DNA from: Amphiscolops sp. MND2022
Taxonomy: Eukaryota
Assembly (NCBI GenBank): GCA_964187785.1
Contig: OZ076410.1
Span: 26,722,001-26,786,000, forward strand
Length of the DNA: 64,000 nucleotides
Direction: 5' to 3'
The notes under the pieces are model-generated. The model was not told where the DNA came from. It did no database searches and saw only the letters and a list, made by a program, of their open reading frames with translations. Of the stretch, positions 25,265 through 39,100 are shown in pieces. The stretch's first letter is position 1. Each line of letters starts with the position of its first letter. The position numbers were made by a program, and so were the translations under genes.

Positions 25265-26249
25265 CTGTTCAAGATAAATCTAGTAGTTAGTACCAGCTTG
25301 AATGTTTCTTGAATTAATGTTGCTATTTATTCAATAATTTATTGTTTGATGTCCTCATTCTCGTGCTATTGAAAAAACTGAAACTATCTAGAAGCTACGA
25401 TGTTGATATCTGATGAAGTGTGTATAATTGCGAAAAAACCTCCATCGATGAAAGTCAATATATTTGAAAAAGAAACGGCACTTTTTCCTTGAAAGGTCCA
25501 GGAAAAGGCCGAAATATGCAGCTGGGAAAGAACTTAAGGTGCCTTAGCAGGGGAACCTTTCTGACAGTACTCTAAGACCTAGTTTTTGCCCAAAAAACTT
25601 ATTTGCAGAAGATTTTTTTTCAGTTGACGAGTGATTTCTCGATTGAAAAGTTCCGTAGAATTTCCAATTCCAAATATGTCGTCACGTGATACGTCCGGGA
25701 AAGCAGGTGAAAACAGTTCCTAAACATTTGTGCGTTTTTTGGCATTCTTCTCAAGTCTGAAGGAAGTGATCTTGCTGACACAAATTACATTAGACTTTAC
25801 AGATTTGACCAGATCTGAACAATAAAATAATAAATAAACAAAAGCAGATCGGTGATGTTTCTAATTGCGTTCAATTGGTTCTGTAGATATCCGTGAGGTT
25901 TTTCAAAATTATGAAAGAGAATCAAGTCGAAATTGAAGTTATTGATGTAACTTTATGCGTTGGGTCATCAAAAAAGCAGCGTTCGTTTACAGTCAATGAA
26001 TAAATTTCAGAAGTCTAAGTTATATCTTTCAAAATGCAGTTTTTCGATTGTCAACTCAACTCTTGAAACTGGTTTAGTCACAGTTCTCACCGGACTGGTG
26101 TGTGGTTGCCTACGAGTGGGGTCCCGAAAGGGGTCCGGATGCAAAACTCCCAAGATTGTATTTTGGACTTCAAACTTTTAATAAAGTAAGTGAACTGTCA
26201 CTGATCAAAATCATCTAAAGATCTAAAATGAAAATGACTACCTAAAAGA

Positions 26250-29200
26250 ACAAATTTAAATGATTTCACGCATTTCCACAAAGACGTTTAGCTACGCCGA
26301 AGTAAGACCATTATCCACCATTAAAAACCTACAGGAACATGCTCGACACAAAACATGCCAGCTTAGAAGACATCATTGCCACGTTCCACCGTAGTCACAT
26401 ACGCCCCCAATGTGTCGAAACTGCGAGATGCAAATGGGAACAACTCCACTTTGAACCATCAGGACAAAAGTTCAAAGACTTCCTGGAACAATATCAGAAG
26501 CTTGCCCAAGACGCTTAAGGTGATGATGCACTAACAATTATCAAAACCTCATTCTACGTTAAGATTCCACCACATCTTAAGCGAGTCCCAAACTAAGCCG
26601 ATTGGACACAGAACCCTATGATACAACAGTACAACACCTTGAACGCGGAAGGGAATTGAATGGCTTGTCAGCACCCATAGAGAGAAGCATCACAGAAGTA
26701 CACCAAATCGATGTACAAGACCCCCACAGCAGCAACAAAATCCACCCCAGCCAGCAGGGCCATGCTACAGATATGGGCATGCAGGACAAATTATCAAGAA
26801 CTGCAACTCCCACACTAGTGGCAAGAATCGCATTGCTAATAGCGCAAATTGATTCCCACGAAAAACCTCTGGACCTAGAGGTGACAATATCAAGTCGTAT
26901 TTGAACGCTCCTACGCACTGCAGAACTCCATGACAGAATCTGGCGTGGCCACGATCTCATCCTTACTTTGGATGACCACTGATCACACCTTACCTATTGT
27001 GAGCCTGCTAGGCTACCCATGGACCAAAAACCTCAGGATGACCTTCCATGCCATGCCCAATACTCGAAAACCTACCACCTGCAATACAATGCACACTCTT
27101 AACGCCCCCTCACTTAGAATCAACACTAATTCATCTGCTTTTCACTCTCTCCGTCATACTCACTACCCCGATGCAGCAGTATGGGTGAGATTATTCGTAC
27201 AAACCCATCTAATCTCATGCGACCTTCTTCCTTTCAGGTCACAACAGCTCGAAAGGCGCGCAACAAAGGCAACTGCGTCTCAAACGGAAGAACTGACCCA
27301 TGTGAGACCTGCGGGGAGGAGAGTCATACAACACAAGAGTGCTTTTCAGGGACAAACTTGGCAAATCGCCCACATTACCCAAACTCCGAACAGCTCAGTA
27401 CGCTCGGGGCAATTTCACCTCAGCCCAGCTGCTGTATCAAACCCAACCAAGTAATCAAACGGTCTACCGAACACAAACCCCAATGGCCACAATGGAGACC
27501 CAGTCTCAAGTCCAAACCCAAGCCTAAAAACAGCTAAAACACTAGTTTCGCCGCGTCTTCAGTTTAGGGAATAACTCGATACACAACAGTCCACAACAAA
27601 TGAACCGACAAGCACATACAATTACGAAATATACGAATCGAGCAACGACCAACCATCTCTCCGCTGGCAGCGAAGATGGCAAATTCATAAGCTCAACAGA
27701 TACAACAGACGGTCAACCACGAAACGCACTAAACGAGATTACCACAATGGTGCATAGAGAACCCGACAGACTACAATACTACAAAACGATCTCTACAGAC
27801 AGGTACCTCCCCTGAGACCAGCATCCATGACCCAGATTTCAACAGTGACTCATGCTATGATTCCCAAATCGATGACCGAAACACTCTAACGTTTAGACAG
27901 CAATAAAACACGCCATTTATGAAGTATATCTAACGAAGAGGAATGGACATATCAACCGATTGCAGCCAATACATGAAACACGCTCAACCAATCCCAGAAT
28001 ACAATCCAAAGGAAGAATGTGTAACCGAGATAACTGTCGATCACACAATTAATACAATAAAACCCACCCTCAAACGCAAAGGTCCAACCATCATCGTCAC
28101 ACAATCACAAGCTAAAGAACAGACAATCTACATCATCAGAGAGGGCATACTCAGGTCACTAAGGATGGAAGTTGCATCTGACTACCAACCAACCGAAACC
28201 ACAACCGACAGCCACAGGACCGAAGCTGTGGACCCTGCAACCTAACACAAACAACGGAAACAAAAACCTCCAAACCGCAAACAAGGAGAATCAAAAAGTC
28301 ACTGCTAATGCAACCCATCTCTCCACCCCGAAAAGACGTTAGTCTCTACCATTCCTCAAACCAGTCTTTCAGAAAAAGAAGTCGAGGACCCTCAACAAAT
28401 TACGAATAACGATACCAACATACAATTCGGAGCCACTCCCTAGGATGTACAATACATTTCAACACATGGCAAATCACTGCCCTAACCTATAGCCCAGATT
28501 GCAGTATGTCTGACCCGAGACCCAGTAACTAAAGAGGGTTGCGTACCCACTTTTCAGTGATCACTATCTAAAAGAAGAAGAACTCCCATGGAACTCCAGG
28601 AACTCATCCTAGACGCCCTCAAAGACTGGCGAATTAGGCGATTGCATGTCAGAAGCAGATTACAACAAATACATCAAAAGTCCTCTAAAGACATTATTAA
28701 AGAGATGGACCCACCCGCATTCAAACTCCAAATCGCTAGGTACCACCTCGGAACCCCTACAAAAACGATAATGCTCCACTTTGATATGACGGACTGGAAT
28801 TTCAAGGAAACATCTATTGTTGCCAAAAGAATCACAGGACATATGAATGGCCTGACCTTCCTCAAAAATAACAGCGCCGTCCTAGACGTGAGTCAAGGGT
28901 TACTACACTTCCCTCACTTCACGTACTCCATCGAAACCTACGAAATACCACAGAACAAAAACTGTATAAAGCTCAAAACAACTCCATCACAAAACTAGCC
29001 GAAGCAACGCAAACAATCACAGCAAACACTGATATGTCATCAACTATCGAATCAACCGGTGTCATAAGCCTAGCCACCAATCATTGCTGTGGCAATCCTC
29101 CAGTGACAGCAAGCTCCATATTCACAGCCAAAAACCGAAAAGATGAAAAGTTGAAAAACGGAAAGTCCCACCACATACACAATCAAAAACATCACTACCA

Positions 29201-32200
29201 TAGCGGAAGTCAAAATAATGTTCCCAGACGAAGCGAAAGAACTCGAAACCCTAAACGTAACAGCGCTAACAGTGCTTGCAGAAGACTACTCAAAGGATTT
29301 CGTCGCATACCCCAACGAGCTCGTAAAGACTTCAGACAAACCGTCTACCAACCAAAACTTCTGGTTCCATACACCAGAAAACCGGGCGACTCAAAGACAC
29401 ATACACCCAAGTCGCATACGGAAACCAAAAAGCCCCAAGATAATAAAAAAACTAAACCCAAACAACAGCCTCGGGAAAAATTCAAATTCCTCAAAAATTT
29501 TAAATGGAGTGACTCGCAACTAAACCATGAAAGCCAAAAAGACACTGAAGAAATCATGATTGAATTTAGTGTTATATTTGCCAGGTGCAGACTGGACATT
29601 TGAATCAATCACGATTTCAAAATCGAATTCACGCCAAAAACCGTAGATCCAGTCTATTCCCAAAGCCTGCCCTGTCCGATCAATCTAAAGGAGGACCTCA
29701 TCGTAGAACTAATGTTAATGCACTACTTTGGCATTTTCACAACTCTCCCCTTAGCAAATGTGCCAGAAAAAAGTGTCATATTTGCAAAAAAGAAACCGAA
29801 TGGGAAACTAAGCCTCCTCCTCGATCTCAGAAAGGTCAACGACCTGCTCGCGCGGGTGATTATATCAATAAATATCATCCAGTCAGTACCTTGACAGATG
29901 CTGCGGAACACACGCTCACCACGTTCTACTAAAAGCAGACGAGACGTAATTACAATAAACTTTGTCAGCATGACGTTTGCGTGACTCAGAATGACCCAAG
30001 ACCTCAGCCGACACTGTCACTCTTTCAAACTTCATATCGACAAGGCCATAAAGACGAATGAATGCGCACAATCGCTGGACGACATTGAAGTAGCAACTAG
30101 CGCTCCCGAATATTAAAAAAAACAATTTGAGAGATGCGTTTCAATGCGTCCGCAAAGCAGGATTCCGGCTTACGTTGTCCAAATGTCAGTTTGAGGTCAA
30201 GGAAGTCAAATCTCTTGTACGGACGATGGGCGCGGCAAAGGAAGACGACCAGGTACATCTACAGCGGCTCACATTCCCCAGAACGAAAGAGGAATTGCAA
30301 AGATATAATAGCTTTGGTAACTACAATAGGAACTACATTCTTGGATTGTCTGAAGAGATCGCTGCGTTCCACCAATTAATGAAATCCAATCAACAGGCAA
30401 AGGTAGATCAGGTCTTGATCACGAACTTCAAGCAATAAACGGCAGAACGTGGTAATGACAAACGCAAACTTCAAGAACGGTGTTTACGCACTGATGACAG
30501 AAGAAGACCCCAACAAAAAATATTTGAGAAAAAGTATGCGCATGAGGCATTGGGGTCAAGCATTTTCTATTCTTCACAGCTGATGATGTCCTGTTGTGCA
30601 AAAGAACGTTTACCAAAATTTTTGTGCATTTATGTATTACAGCCACTTCTTGTGGGGATCTTCACAGCCAACAAAAGTCCTAACAGAAAACAAACCTGAA
30701 ACAAAGTTCTTCCAGATAAAGATCCTCCCAGTCAGTTCCAATCGCTCTGGTATCCAGACGAATGAACACTGCAGCAGACTACTTATGATGATTAGATGTC
30801 GACCCCATATAAAAAGTCTTTCTCCAAATCAGATGAGCTTTACCGAACACGACGATACAGGTGAACATCCAAACCTCAGACCTCCACGTCGGAGACCTAT
30901 TCAATTTCCTAACAGAAGATGACTCCGAAACAGAAGGGGTCATCTGGGAAAAAAACAATGGGCGGAGTAAAAAAAATACACACATTCAAATTAACATATC
31001 GACTCTAAAGCTGACACCAATGCCCCAGATTCGCAAACGGAGAACTTGCCCTTGGTTTGCAACAACATGCAAGATACAGACCGATAACAACAACGACATC
31101 TGCATGACAACACTAACTACCAACGCAGTATTAGGCCCCACAAACAACCAGATGCTGTACTCAGAAACCTTAAACTTAAAACCCTGAAAGAACCTCACGA
31201 AACCCAACTATTGAGTGACAACTACAGAACAGCAAGGTACCTTGCTGAAGAGGACAGAATAAACATCGAAGATGGAATTCTCTACAGACAGTACTACAGA
31301 GGTTCCGTGAAGGTGAAGTACTTAGAGTCCTGCTTCCAGAATAATTGAATGAATTTATCCAACACCAACACGGGTTGTTTATGAAACATCCCGGCATCGC
31401 CAAATTTATGCAACACTGTCGCGAAGAGTACAACTTCCCAGGCTTCGCCTTGAAACTATACTGGCACATCTCACTATGAACAGAATGTATCCAAACAGAA
31501 AAAAATACGTTAACAGCACGATCACCGCACCACCACTGATAGATATATCGAAGATGGCAATGGGACTCAAAGATGCCCTCCAGATGGACATAGTACCCTT
31601 CTATGACACATCAGGGGGATACATTGCAATTGTCACAGCAATGGATATTTACTCCCGGTACCTCTTCGCATGCAACGTTGTCAGAGTAGATACAGAAGCA
31701 GTGGCCCGAGTCCTGACTGACATAATTACGAGACACTCTTATCTTCCAACACCCATATTAACAGACAAAGGATCCCATTTCATGTCAGAAGCTACAAACA
31801 TCTAGGCACTGGGCACTTGAAACACGCCACCACCAAACACGCAGACACAATCGGCAACCTGGAAATTACCCATGCGTCCCTTAAAGAGAACGTCCAAATC
31901 ATGACAGGGAAAGACGTACGGTGTGGCACCAGTTCCTCCCAATTGCTGTAATAAACTATAACACATACACATCCCAAGGACGCGAGCTTAGCAGAATTTT
32001 ATGGAGAAGTGCCTTTTATATCTCAAATACGGACTAAAAACACCAAACAACACTCCTAAAAACAACCAAACAGCCGATGAGGTTCTTCAACAGACACAAC
32101 AAATCCTCAATCAAACCCAACAATTGTTCATGCAGTCATACGTTCAACCAAAATTCTACAATGACAAAAAAGCACCAGTTAACCTACTAGTAGTAAACGA

Positions 32201-35030
32201 CTACTGTTGTGCACTACAACCAAAGGCGCATAGCCAGACGACAAAACTACAGTTTCCAGAATACCTTTGGACGGGACCATACATCGTTGTCAAGAGCCTA
32301 CCCAACAACTATTACTTAGTACGAAAACTTCTTTCCAACCTTACACAGATTTTGCACTGAATCCGATTGCGACCCTTACATGCAAATAAACGACTGCCTT
32401 CCATCGCAGTTTCACCCAAGGGATTCCAGCATGATACCGAGGTGACGGTCATAATAAAACATGACGACCCTTATGCAATGGCGTGGCAAGAGATCTATAA
32501 GGAACACAAACTTCAGCAAACAGATTTTCAAACAATAATATCTGATCTAGTAGACATGACCCCACAACCGATATCCCTAAAAGTAAACCCCAACCACCGG
32601 ATCCCCGACCCACTGCAAGAACCACAAGGGACAATGCGAAAGATCAGTGAGAACCAATTATCCCAAATAAATCTTGTGAAATTGAAACAATCCCACTATT
32701 CACAAAATCGCCCCGGCAATCCACGTACAATCTTCGACGAACACCAGGTTTAAATTGGAAACCAGACTTTGCCCATTACAATTGCCTAGACGTTAACCCA
32801 TAAAACAATCCCACCAACTCCAGACCCAAAAACTCCAAACAGTGACCTGAACGACGCTCTAGAATTACAAACATTTTCAGACCACGGCGTAAACGATGAT
32901 CACAAAAATGAAATTCCTCAGACACAAGCCTGGTAATGCGTCCCAAACTGAAATCTGAAATCTTCTCGGCTTCTAAATGGCTAGAGACGACTCTCCCTTA
33001 CTCTGCAGCTAGGATGAAAACAAGCAGAGTCCCAATACTGAATTGTTCATTGAGTCGCCGCCCCCGAAAAAAGTCACGTTTAACAACATTTCTCATGACG
33101 CTGGAAACTCTTTTGTTTCTTTCTTCGCATGGGACAACAACCTCGCTGCAGCCTGTGCAGTTTCAAGAACACCAACAGAAAGAACAATGTCAACTGCAGA
33201 TGTGGAACCAGAACCCTCGCGGCACACTGCCTGGCCAGACGACATCCGAGCTTTCCATTTCCCAGAATAGTAGTCATTGCAACACCGAAATAGACTAGCC
33301 GAGATGTCTTTGTAGGCATGACGACCGATACCAGCCCTGATATTGAACGTACTGCGAGCCAAAAATTGATATCTATTAAGAAGATTGATCTTCAGCTCCT
33401 CCAAAGCACTCCATAATCAGCAAATCATTCGACACAACTTTCGAGCCAAGGACAAACGACTGCATTCCACAACGCGCAGACCGAATAACAGAAGGAGGCA
33501 GACCTGTTCCACTGACCGAAACAGCAACGGGAGGCATGCGCTGCGAGCAGGACACACAATAGATCGAAACAGTCGAACAACTCGCTTTACATGAGTCCGA
33601 CACTGAGAGCTCTCGCTGGCTTCCAAATACTCAAACACATCAACAACTTGCAAATACATGGCGAAAATTCAGAGACTTGAACTCATTCACCCACTCTTCG
33701 CGATCCACATCGTCCAAAGAACCAGCTTCCTGAAGACAGGCAACAAGGTCCTGGAAGAAGTCCACAACGTGATCGGCGTCACGACCTAGTACATATCCAC
33801 GCTCAAGCAACTGAGTAAACGGGTGATACGAGAGGTGGCTTAGGTAGAAGAACTGAGCAACTTCAGGAATTCCAAAAGGTAGCCCTGACACTCGCGATCA
33901 GTATACTCAAACAATCTGTCGACGGAGGGTAGCTGGCTCACTGTTTTGACTTTACCCAACAGACTCCTGTAGAAGAAGCAAAACTCCATGAAATTGTTGC
34001 ATGCATTTTCTTTGACAGTTGGTTCGAATTTCCTAAAATTGCACAAGAAACACAACAGAACAACAACAAAAACGCTAGCGTAGGCATTCCTAGGTGATCA
34101 GAGCACAACAATGAATCTAGTTCCACAACGTTCAGAGACTTCTATATCAGAAATACATCGTTGGAGAGACAGAGCCTGACATCAGCCCGAGTGTTCAATA
34201 ACTCTTGCAGCATATCACACAGGGAAATGAAGGGAACAACGCGAGTGTCCAGACAGAGACGCAATCGTGGCATATTCAGCGACCAAGCCTGATAACGGAC
34301 TCTTTTCAGATGCTGGGCCAAACGCTCCACGGTCACATATAGACATTGAATAGGACTGGCGGATAGTTTTCAATGGCAACAGAGCCTCGACGAGTCGAGA
34401 CGAGTGACAAGGCCCGCGGTAAACACTTAGTCGCTGCTTCACAAGAGTCAACAACAAGATCTTCATCCACAAGACACAATTCGCGCAAGGAATCATCGGG
34501 ACAGCAACGGAGGGTACCCTTCACACCTGAGAAGGAAGACTGCAAAGACAGCTAAATGGGCTATCACCTAGCCTTCAGTTCAGGCGACGCAGTACACGAG
34601 GATACCTTGTCTGCACAAGTACAACCAGAGATCCAGTCTTGCTCCAAGTAACCGAGGCATGTGGACTGTCAACGGGCAGAGTCGTCGGAAATTGGCTCCA
34701 AAGGCGGCACAAGAAAACCTGCGAACTATGACCCCTCAGCAATTCAAACAGACACCGGATGAGAATAGTTGGAGGTACATTGGACGTGACGTCAGCCAAT
34801 GCATCGACTTCGCCCTCAATCAATCTGTTCATCTTGCCCAATGCAACAGGGTGAGTCGTCTCCGGTTCGGCTCACAACTCTGCCGGCACTTCTGCAACCG
34901 AAATGGCATCCAATTTCTTTGTGTATATGATGTTCTGCTCATCAAACAACTACAAGTCAGTACGTTGCTAAGAATTGCACTAGCAGCCGAGTGGTCTGGA
35001 ACACAGTTCAAAACTTCTCGGACTTCATTT
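26250..35030 (+). mobile_element. Degenerate Ty3/Gypsy element C (gag-pol plus antisense accessory gene; LTRs not found)
   Basis: Gag core similar to D (ARCKWEQLHFEP versus AKHKWHRLIFDP); protease about 28590-29000; RT with LDD at 30075-30083; integrase LQMDIVP and TDKGSHF; GPY motif about 32275. Boundaries approximate. Confidence 0.88.
33093..35030 (-). pseudogene. Antisense hAT-transposase-like gene of element C (5'-truncated, frameshifted)
   Basis: Chain of minus-strand ORFs (34829-35011, 34575-34841, 34333-34545, 34142-34336, 33840-34055, 33640-33891, 33093-33404) colinear with the antisense gene of D; LVSTRRGS at about 34382-34400 resembles hAT TRWxS. Confidence 0.6.
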
Positions 35031-35320
35031 CGAGCCCATCCCAGTTTCTCTTTAGTTCAACGGCAGGTGAAAGAAAAAGATCAAATTCTACTTTGTTGTA
35101 AATTGAAAGATCGTTGATTGTTGATTTCACACAGAGGAAGATCTAGTAGAATCAAAGCTTCTCCACCTAAATTTCGAGAGATGAAACGGAAAAGTAAAAG
35201 CGCTGAATGACTATCGCATCCTGATATATCTGGTTCAATTTATTATACCACAGAAGCTAATATTCTTCTGGCTGAAAAAGAGATCAGACTTCAGAAAATG
35301 ACAATCGAATGTCTATGAAT

Positions 35321-35760
35321 TAGAGATGTGCCGGAAATATCCGGCAGGAACTGGAAAATTTCTTGTTCTGGTATCCGGCCGGAACAAAAATAATTCCGGC
35401 CGGATTTTCTAAGCAATATTTGTCTCTGTAAAAACAGTTTTTTTTCACAAAACTCAATTTCAGGATTTAATTTTCCTTCAGGTTATGATGAAGAAACAGA
35501 AGTTTCTCGCTTTTTTTGGAAGTAATCGACCCCGCTTTTCCTCGTACACGTTCCCAACTTCGGAGAAGAGTCCTTCAGAATTTTTGAAAAGTTTCTTCAA
35601 ATTGGGGTATGATTCGATATTTTTCCACCATGCGTATGGATTTGTATCTTCTGGTAGAAAAACTCGGATTTGTAACATTTGCTGATCCCCATAGTATGTA
35701 TGTCCGGAAAAAGAGAAGGTTTTTTTCAGAATGCCATGTCGCAAATTGTAAAACGGTCAC
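35321..35760 (-). mobile_element. hAT DNA transposon 3' fragment (dimerisation domain and one TIR)
   Basis: TAGAGATGTGCCGG at 35321 resembles a hAT terminus; ORF 35478-35744 has NPYAWWK...YPNL...SEGLFSEVGNVYEEKRGRLLP, the hAT C-terminal dimerisation signature with an internal deletion. Second TIR not seen. Confidence 0.75.
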
Positions 35761-35799
35761 CCAAAATAACTCAGAATCTAAAAACCTTCTTGTCCATGC

Positions 35800-38700
35800 T
35801 GTGGCAGATCATAAGAGAAGTAACGAACATGCATTTGACACTTTTGATTGGATCTTTTATATTTTGCAAAGTTTCAATGGCACACAATCACAAGATGAAA
35901 CAAGACAAATGGTCAAAACTTTTCTGGCCCCTGAAATGTTTCATGCACAGACGTATGACAATCGGTGCGACTACGAAAAATAAACTTCCCAATGCTGGTT
36001 CTCGTTCTTCACGACACAGTGAACGTCGTCGTCTTCAAGGTCGACGACTTCAAACATCTGTAGCATGACTTACATATGGTAATTGAAAAACGAGAAAAGA
36101 AGAAAATCTAGGAATCTTGTCATTGTTCAACGATCAACCCCTTAGCTATAGTCTGGTGACCTCATCTACATTAGAAGAAAAATAGTGTTGGCAGGATCAA
36201 AACCGCGATGTCAAGGATAATTGTGATGAAACATTTCGAGAGTCTTTTGGAAAATTTCCATTGACAGTACAAGATACCATAGAAATTCCTAAGGTGACAC
36301 AGAAAAACATCAACGCGAGTCCATTACGGCAGCCATCTCTACTCCGACTAAAATGTGGGAGCGCTCCAAAACCCAGAACGACGTCATCTAGGCGAAAAGA
36401 TAAACTGAGAAATCTGCGGTACTGATAAGTGTGCTATACTAAGCACATTAACGATGGACCATGCCTCAAATCTCTCAACCTCAATGGAGCCTTCCCTGAG
36501 CGAGCTGGGGTAAGTTGAAATATGCCGCTCTTTCGCGAAATTCACCAGAATGGTCCGAAAACCGAGCCTCTCCACGGGCGTTATCCACAATTCCCCAATA
36601 GATGACAATGTGCAAAGTTAAGTCGTTTGAAGACGCTCGTCAAAGGGAAGTAAAAGCAGGGTTTGCAGGGCAAAGCTCTTTTCGGGCACTTTACCACACT
36701 GCTAGGTGCATACTATTCCAACGATTTGAAGACCTCAGACTGTAGTGAATGCACAATTGAAACTTATTTACACGTTTCTTCGATCTTTTTCTCAAACAAC
36801 TCGATTCAGCTGCAATTATCAAGTACGCTCAGCTCTGCTTCACTTGTGTTGTCGTTTGATTTGAATAAGAAGAAAAATTTCACTGGCAACTTCAGTTTGG
36901 AGTCATTTTTGATGTGTGCATTACCAAAACTACCTACGGAACTGACAAGAAATGGTTGTTCTATGCGGAAAGAAGAGGTTACGCAACCTTACTTATTGCT
37001 TTCACCGAAGCATCGTGGAAGATATGTAGATCAATTTTATTCTGCCCTGACTCGAGATTTGTTTTTTTTTTAAATTGGCTCTGATTTCCATTTCTTAATT
37101 TCCTTTCGATCTTCTTCGTTCAGTTCTTTCTAATGCGCCTGTCCGTTCTCCCTCCAATTTGATTCCAGCAACAGTCGTGTTCCAATGGTGAAAGTAATAG
37201 AAACACTGTTTCCAGAGGGCGATTACAACTGCAACATGGGATAACACCGCTCTCTGTCTTATCTTGTTTCAATCTGCATTCTGCGACAGACTTCCAGGTT
37301 CCATTGCAGCTCTGCTTCAATATCTTTGCTAAAAGAAGGTGACTTGCCGACAGGTTCGATAGTCGTCATAGTGTTTTCGCAGTTGCTAAAGTCTTTTGTC
37401 AAATGAAAACCTTCCTTTGCCTTATTCGCTCTGAATGCTTTGTAGATTTCAGAAGCCTGCTCAGCACAGGGAACACACTTGATAACGTTATCTATGTGCT
37501 TCTGATAGTTTCGGATATCAGTTCCCTATTTTGTCGGGAGTTTTATTGGTTGTCCCTTGCCACTGTTCCGCAGCAGGATTGTCACAAGTTGGTGAATTAT
37601 TTGCTCCAAAAATTGTCTTACGAACTCGTACACTCTGACTTCGTACACTTTGGTTCGTTTGGATTGTCTCTCCATACAACTTGAATTTTTTAACAAACTT
37701 AGGGCGGTACCTACTCTTGTAAGAACATCACCCCAATGTCAGTGGCAACGGAAATCTTCTGTCATTTGAATCTGAAGAATATTCCAATCAGATTCTGCGC
37801 TACGACCGGTCATGTCAAAATGTTGTAGTTCAGTAAGATGCCACCTGAGGTAAGAGGTTGCGTTGCAGATTTGTTTGAATTTTTGACTGTGTGATGTGGT
37901 TCGTATCACTGTCATTTTGTAGATTCTAACTCTTCTGACTCCAAATTCTTGTCAGGCCTATACTCCAACAATTTCATTTGGGTCAATGGAGAAGAGTAAT
38001 CGTTCGGCAAAGAGGGCGATTTCTTCACAAGAAAAGATCTATTTTTTTCTTTTGCGATCAAATGTTTGTTCTCGCATCTACAAAGCTTTCTCATCTTCCG
38101 TGGACCTTCCAAAGACATCGCAGCGAGTTGCATATGATTCATTGTCCCACAAGGTTACTGCACAAGTCATCTGCACAGCTTCTTGTGGTGGTAGTGGTCC
38201 ACAGAGGGTCCAACCGAGTTTAGTTTTCACTACCCACGGCTCGTCAGGCGTGCTGTTTTTTATCTTCTGTGATATGGTTGATGTATTTGGTAACATGTTT
38301 GTCCCAATATCAATTTTACATCTTTGTGTTTCAAAGTTTTTTTCACTCAGAAACGACAAATGAACGAAAATTGTTTGAGATCCCGATAGTTGTAGATCTT
38401 TGCTCAGGGGTGTTTATTTGGATGAGTGTAGATTGTTATGTGGTGTGTGTCGCGTTTTGAATTGCCATGACTTCACAAGGTTAATCGTTCGCATTTCATG
38501 TCATTTGACAGATGTATTCCATCCGCACTCCTGTCAGTTGCTTCAACATGAGAATTAAACTTAGCTGACATTGTCTGTTCTTTCCAATTGGTATGATGAC
38601 CGGTATGGCCGCAGATTTCCATTGCTCTTCAGTGAGCAAAATGCTGAAGTCACATCCACTTCCTGTTGAGGGTCTTTTCCACTCTCTTTTGGCCAACCAT

Positions 38701-39100
38701 TTGCCTCGCGTTGTAGCAGTTGATAGTTCCGCCTGCTACAACCTTTTACTCCACACGATTGATATGGGCAATCTTTCACCACATGACTTCCGGAAAATTA
38801 ACTGAATCAGAGTTTCAACTTTTGAGAGCCATATCGAGTGACTGATTTCTGATCCAAATAAACTGCTTCTCTTCTTTTTACTCTTTCAAAACACTCTGGA
38901 GACAACAATGCTTCACTTTTCAACAAGATATTTCCAGTTGCTTTTGCTACTCCGCCCTCGGACAAGTGTTTCTTCGTTGTTTTCTAGCAATTTTTTGTGT
39001 TATGGTTTTCATCCAGCATATTAATATATGAGTCTCTTGTCTTGCAATTGACTGTCACCAACATTGGCGATTGATCAAGCTTACTGGGTGTGGTTATACT
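35800..39100 (-). mobile_element. Second degenerate BEL/Pao element (gag-PR-RT-RH-INT)
   Basis: Cys-rich gag motif (about 38560-38780), KTKLGWTLCGP and WDNES (about 38080-38240), IFGANNSPTC and HIDNV (RT, about 37470-37620), VFGPF (integrase, about 36550). Boundaries approximate. Confidence 0.75.

Noticed and set aside
26110-26145. Hammerhead around the GGTCCC-GAAA-GGGG hairpin
   Set aside because: Only a GNRA hairpin; the CUGANGA and GAAA core elements are missing.
25670-26250. 5' LTR and PBS for element C
   Set aside because: No matching second LTR, TSD or convincing PBS; the 5' end appears lost.
35609-35983. Plus-strand ORF with a BED-like C..C..H..H pattern
   Set aside because: It overlaps the minus-strand hAT fragment and the BEL boundary; the motif is too weak to call.
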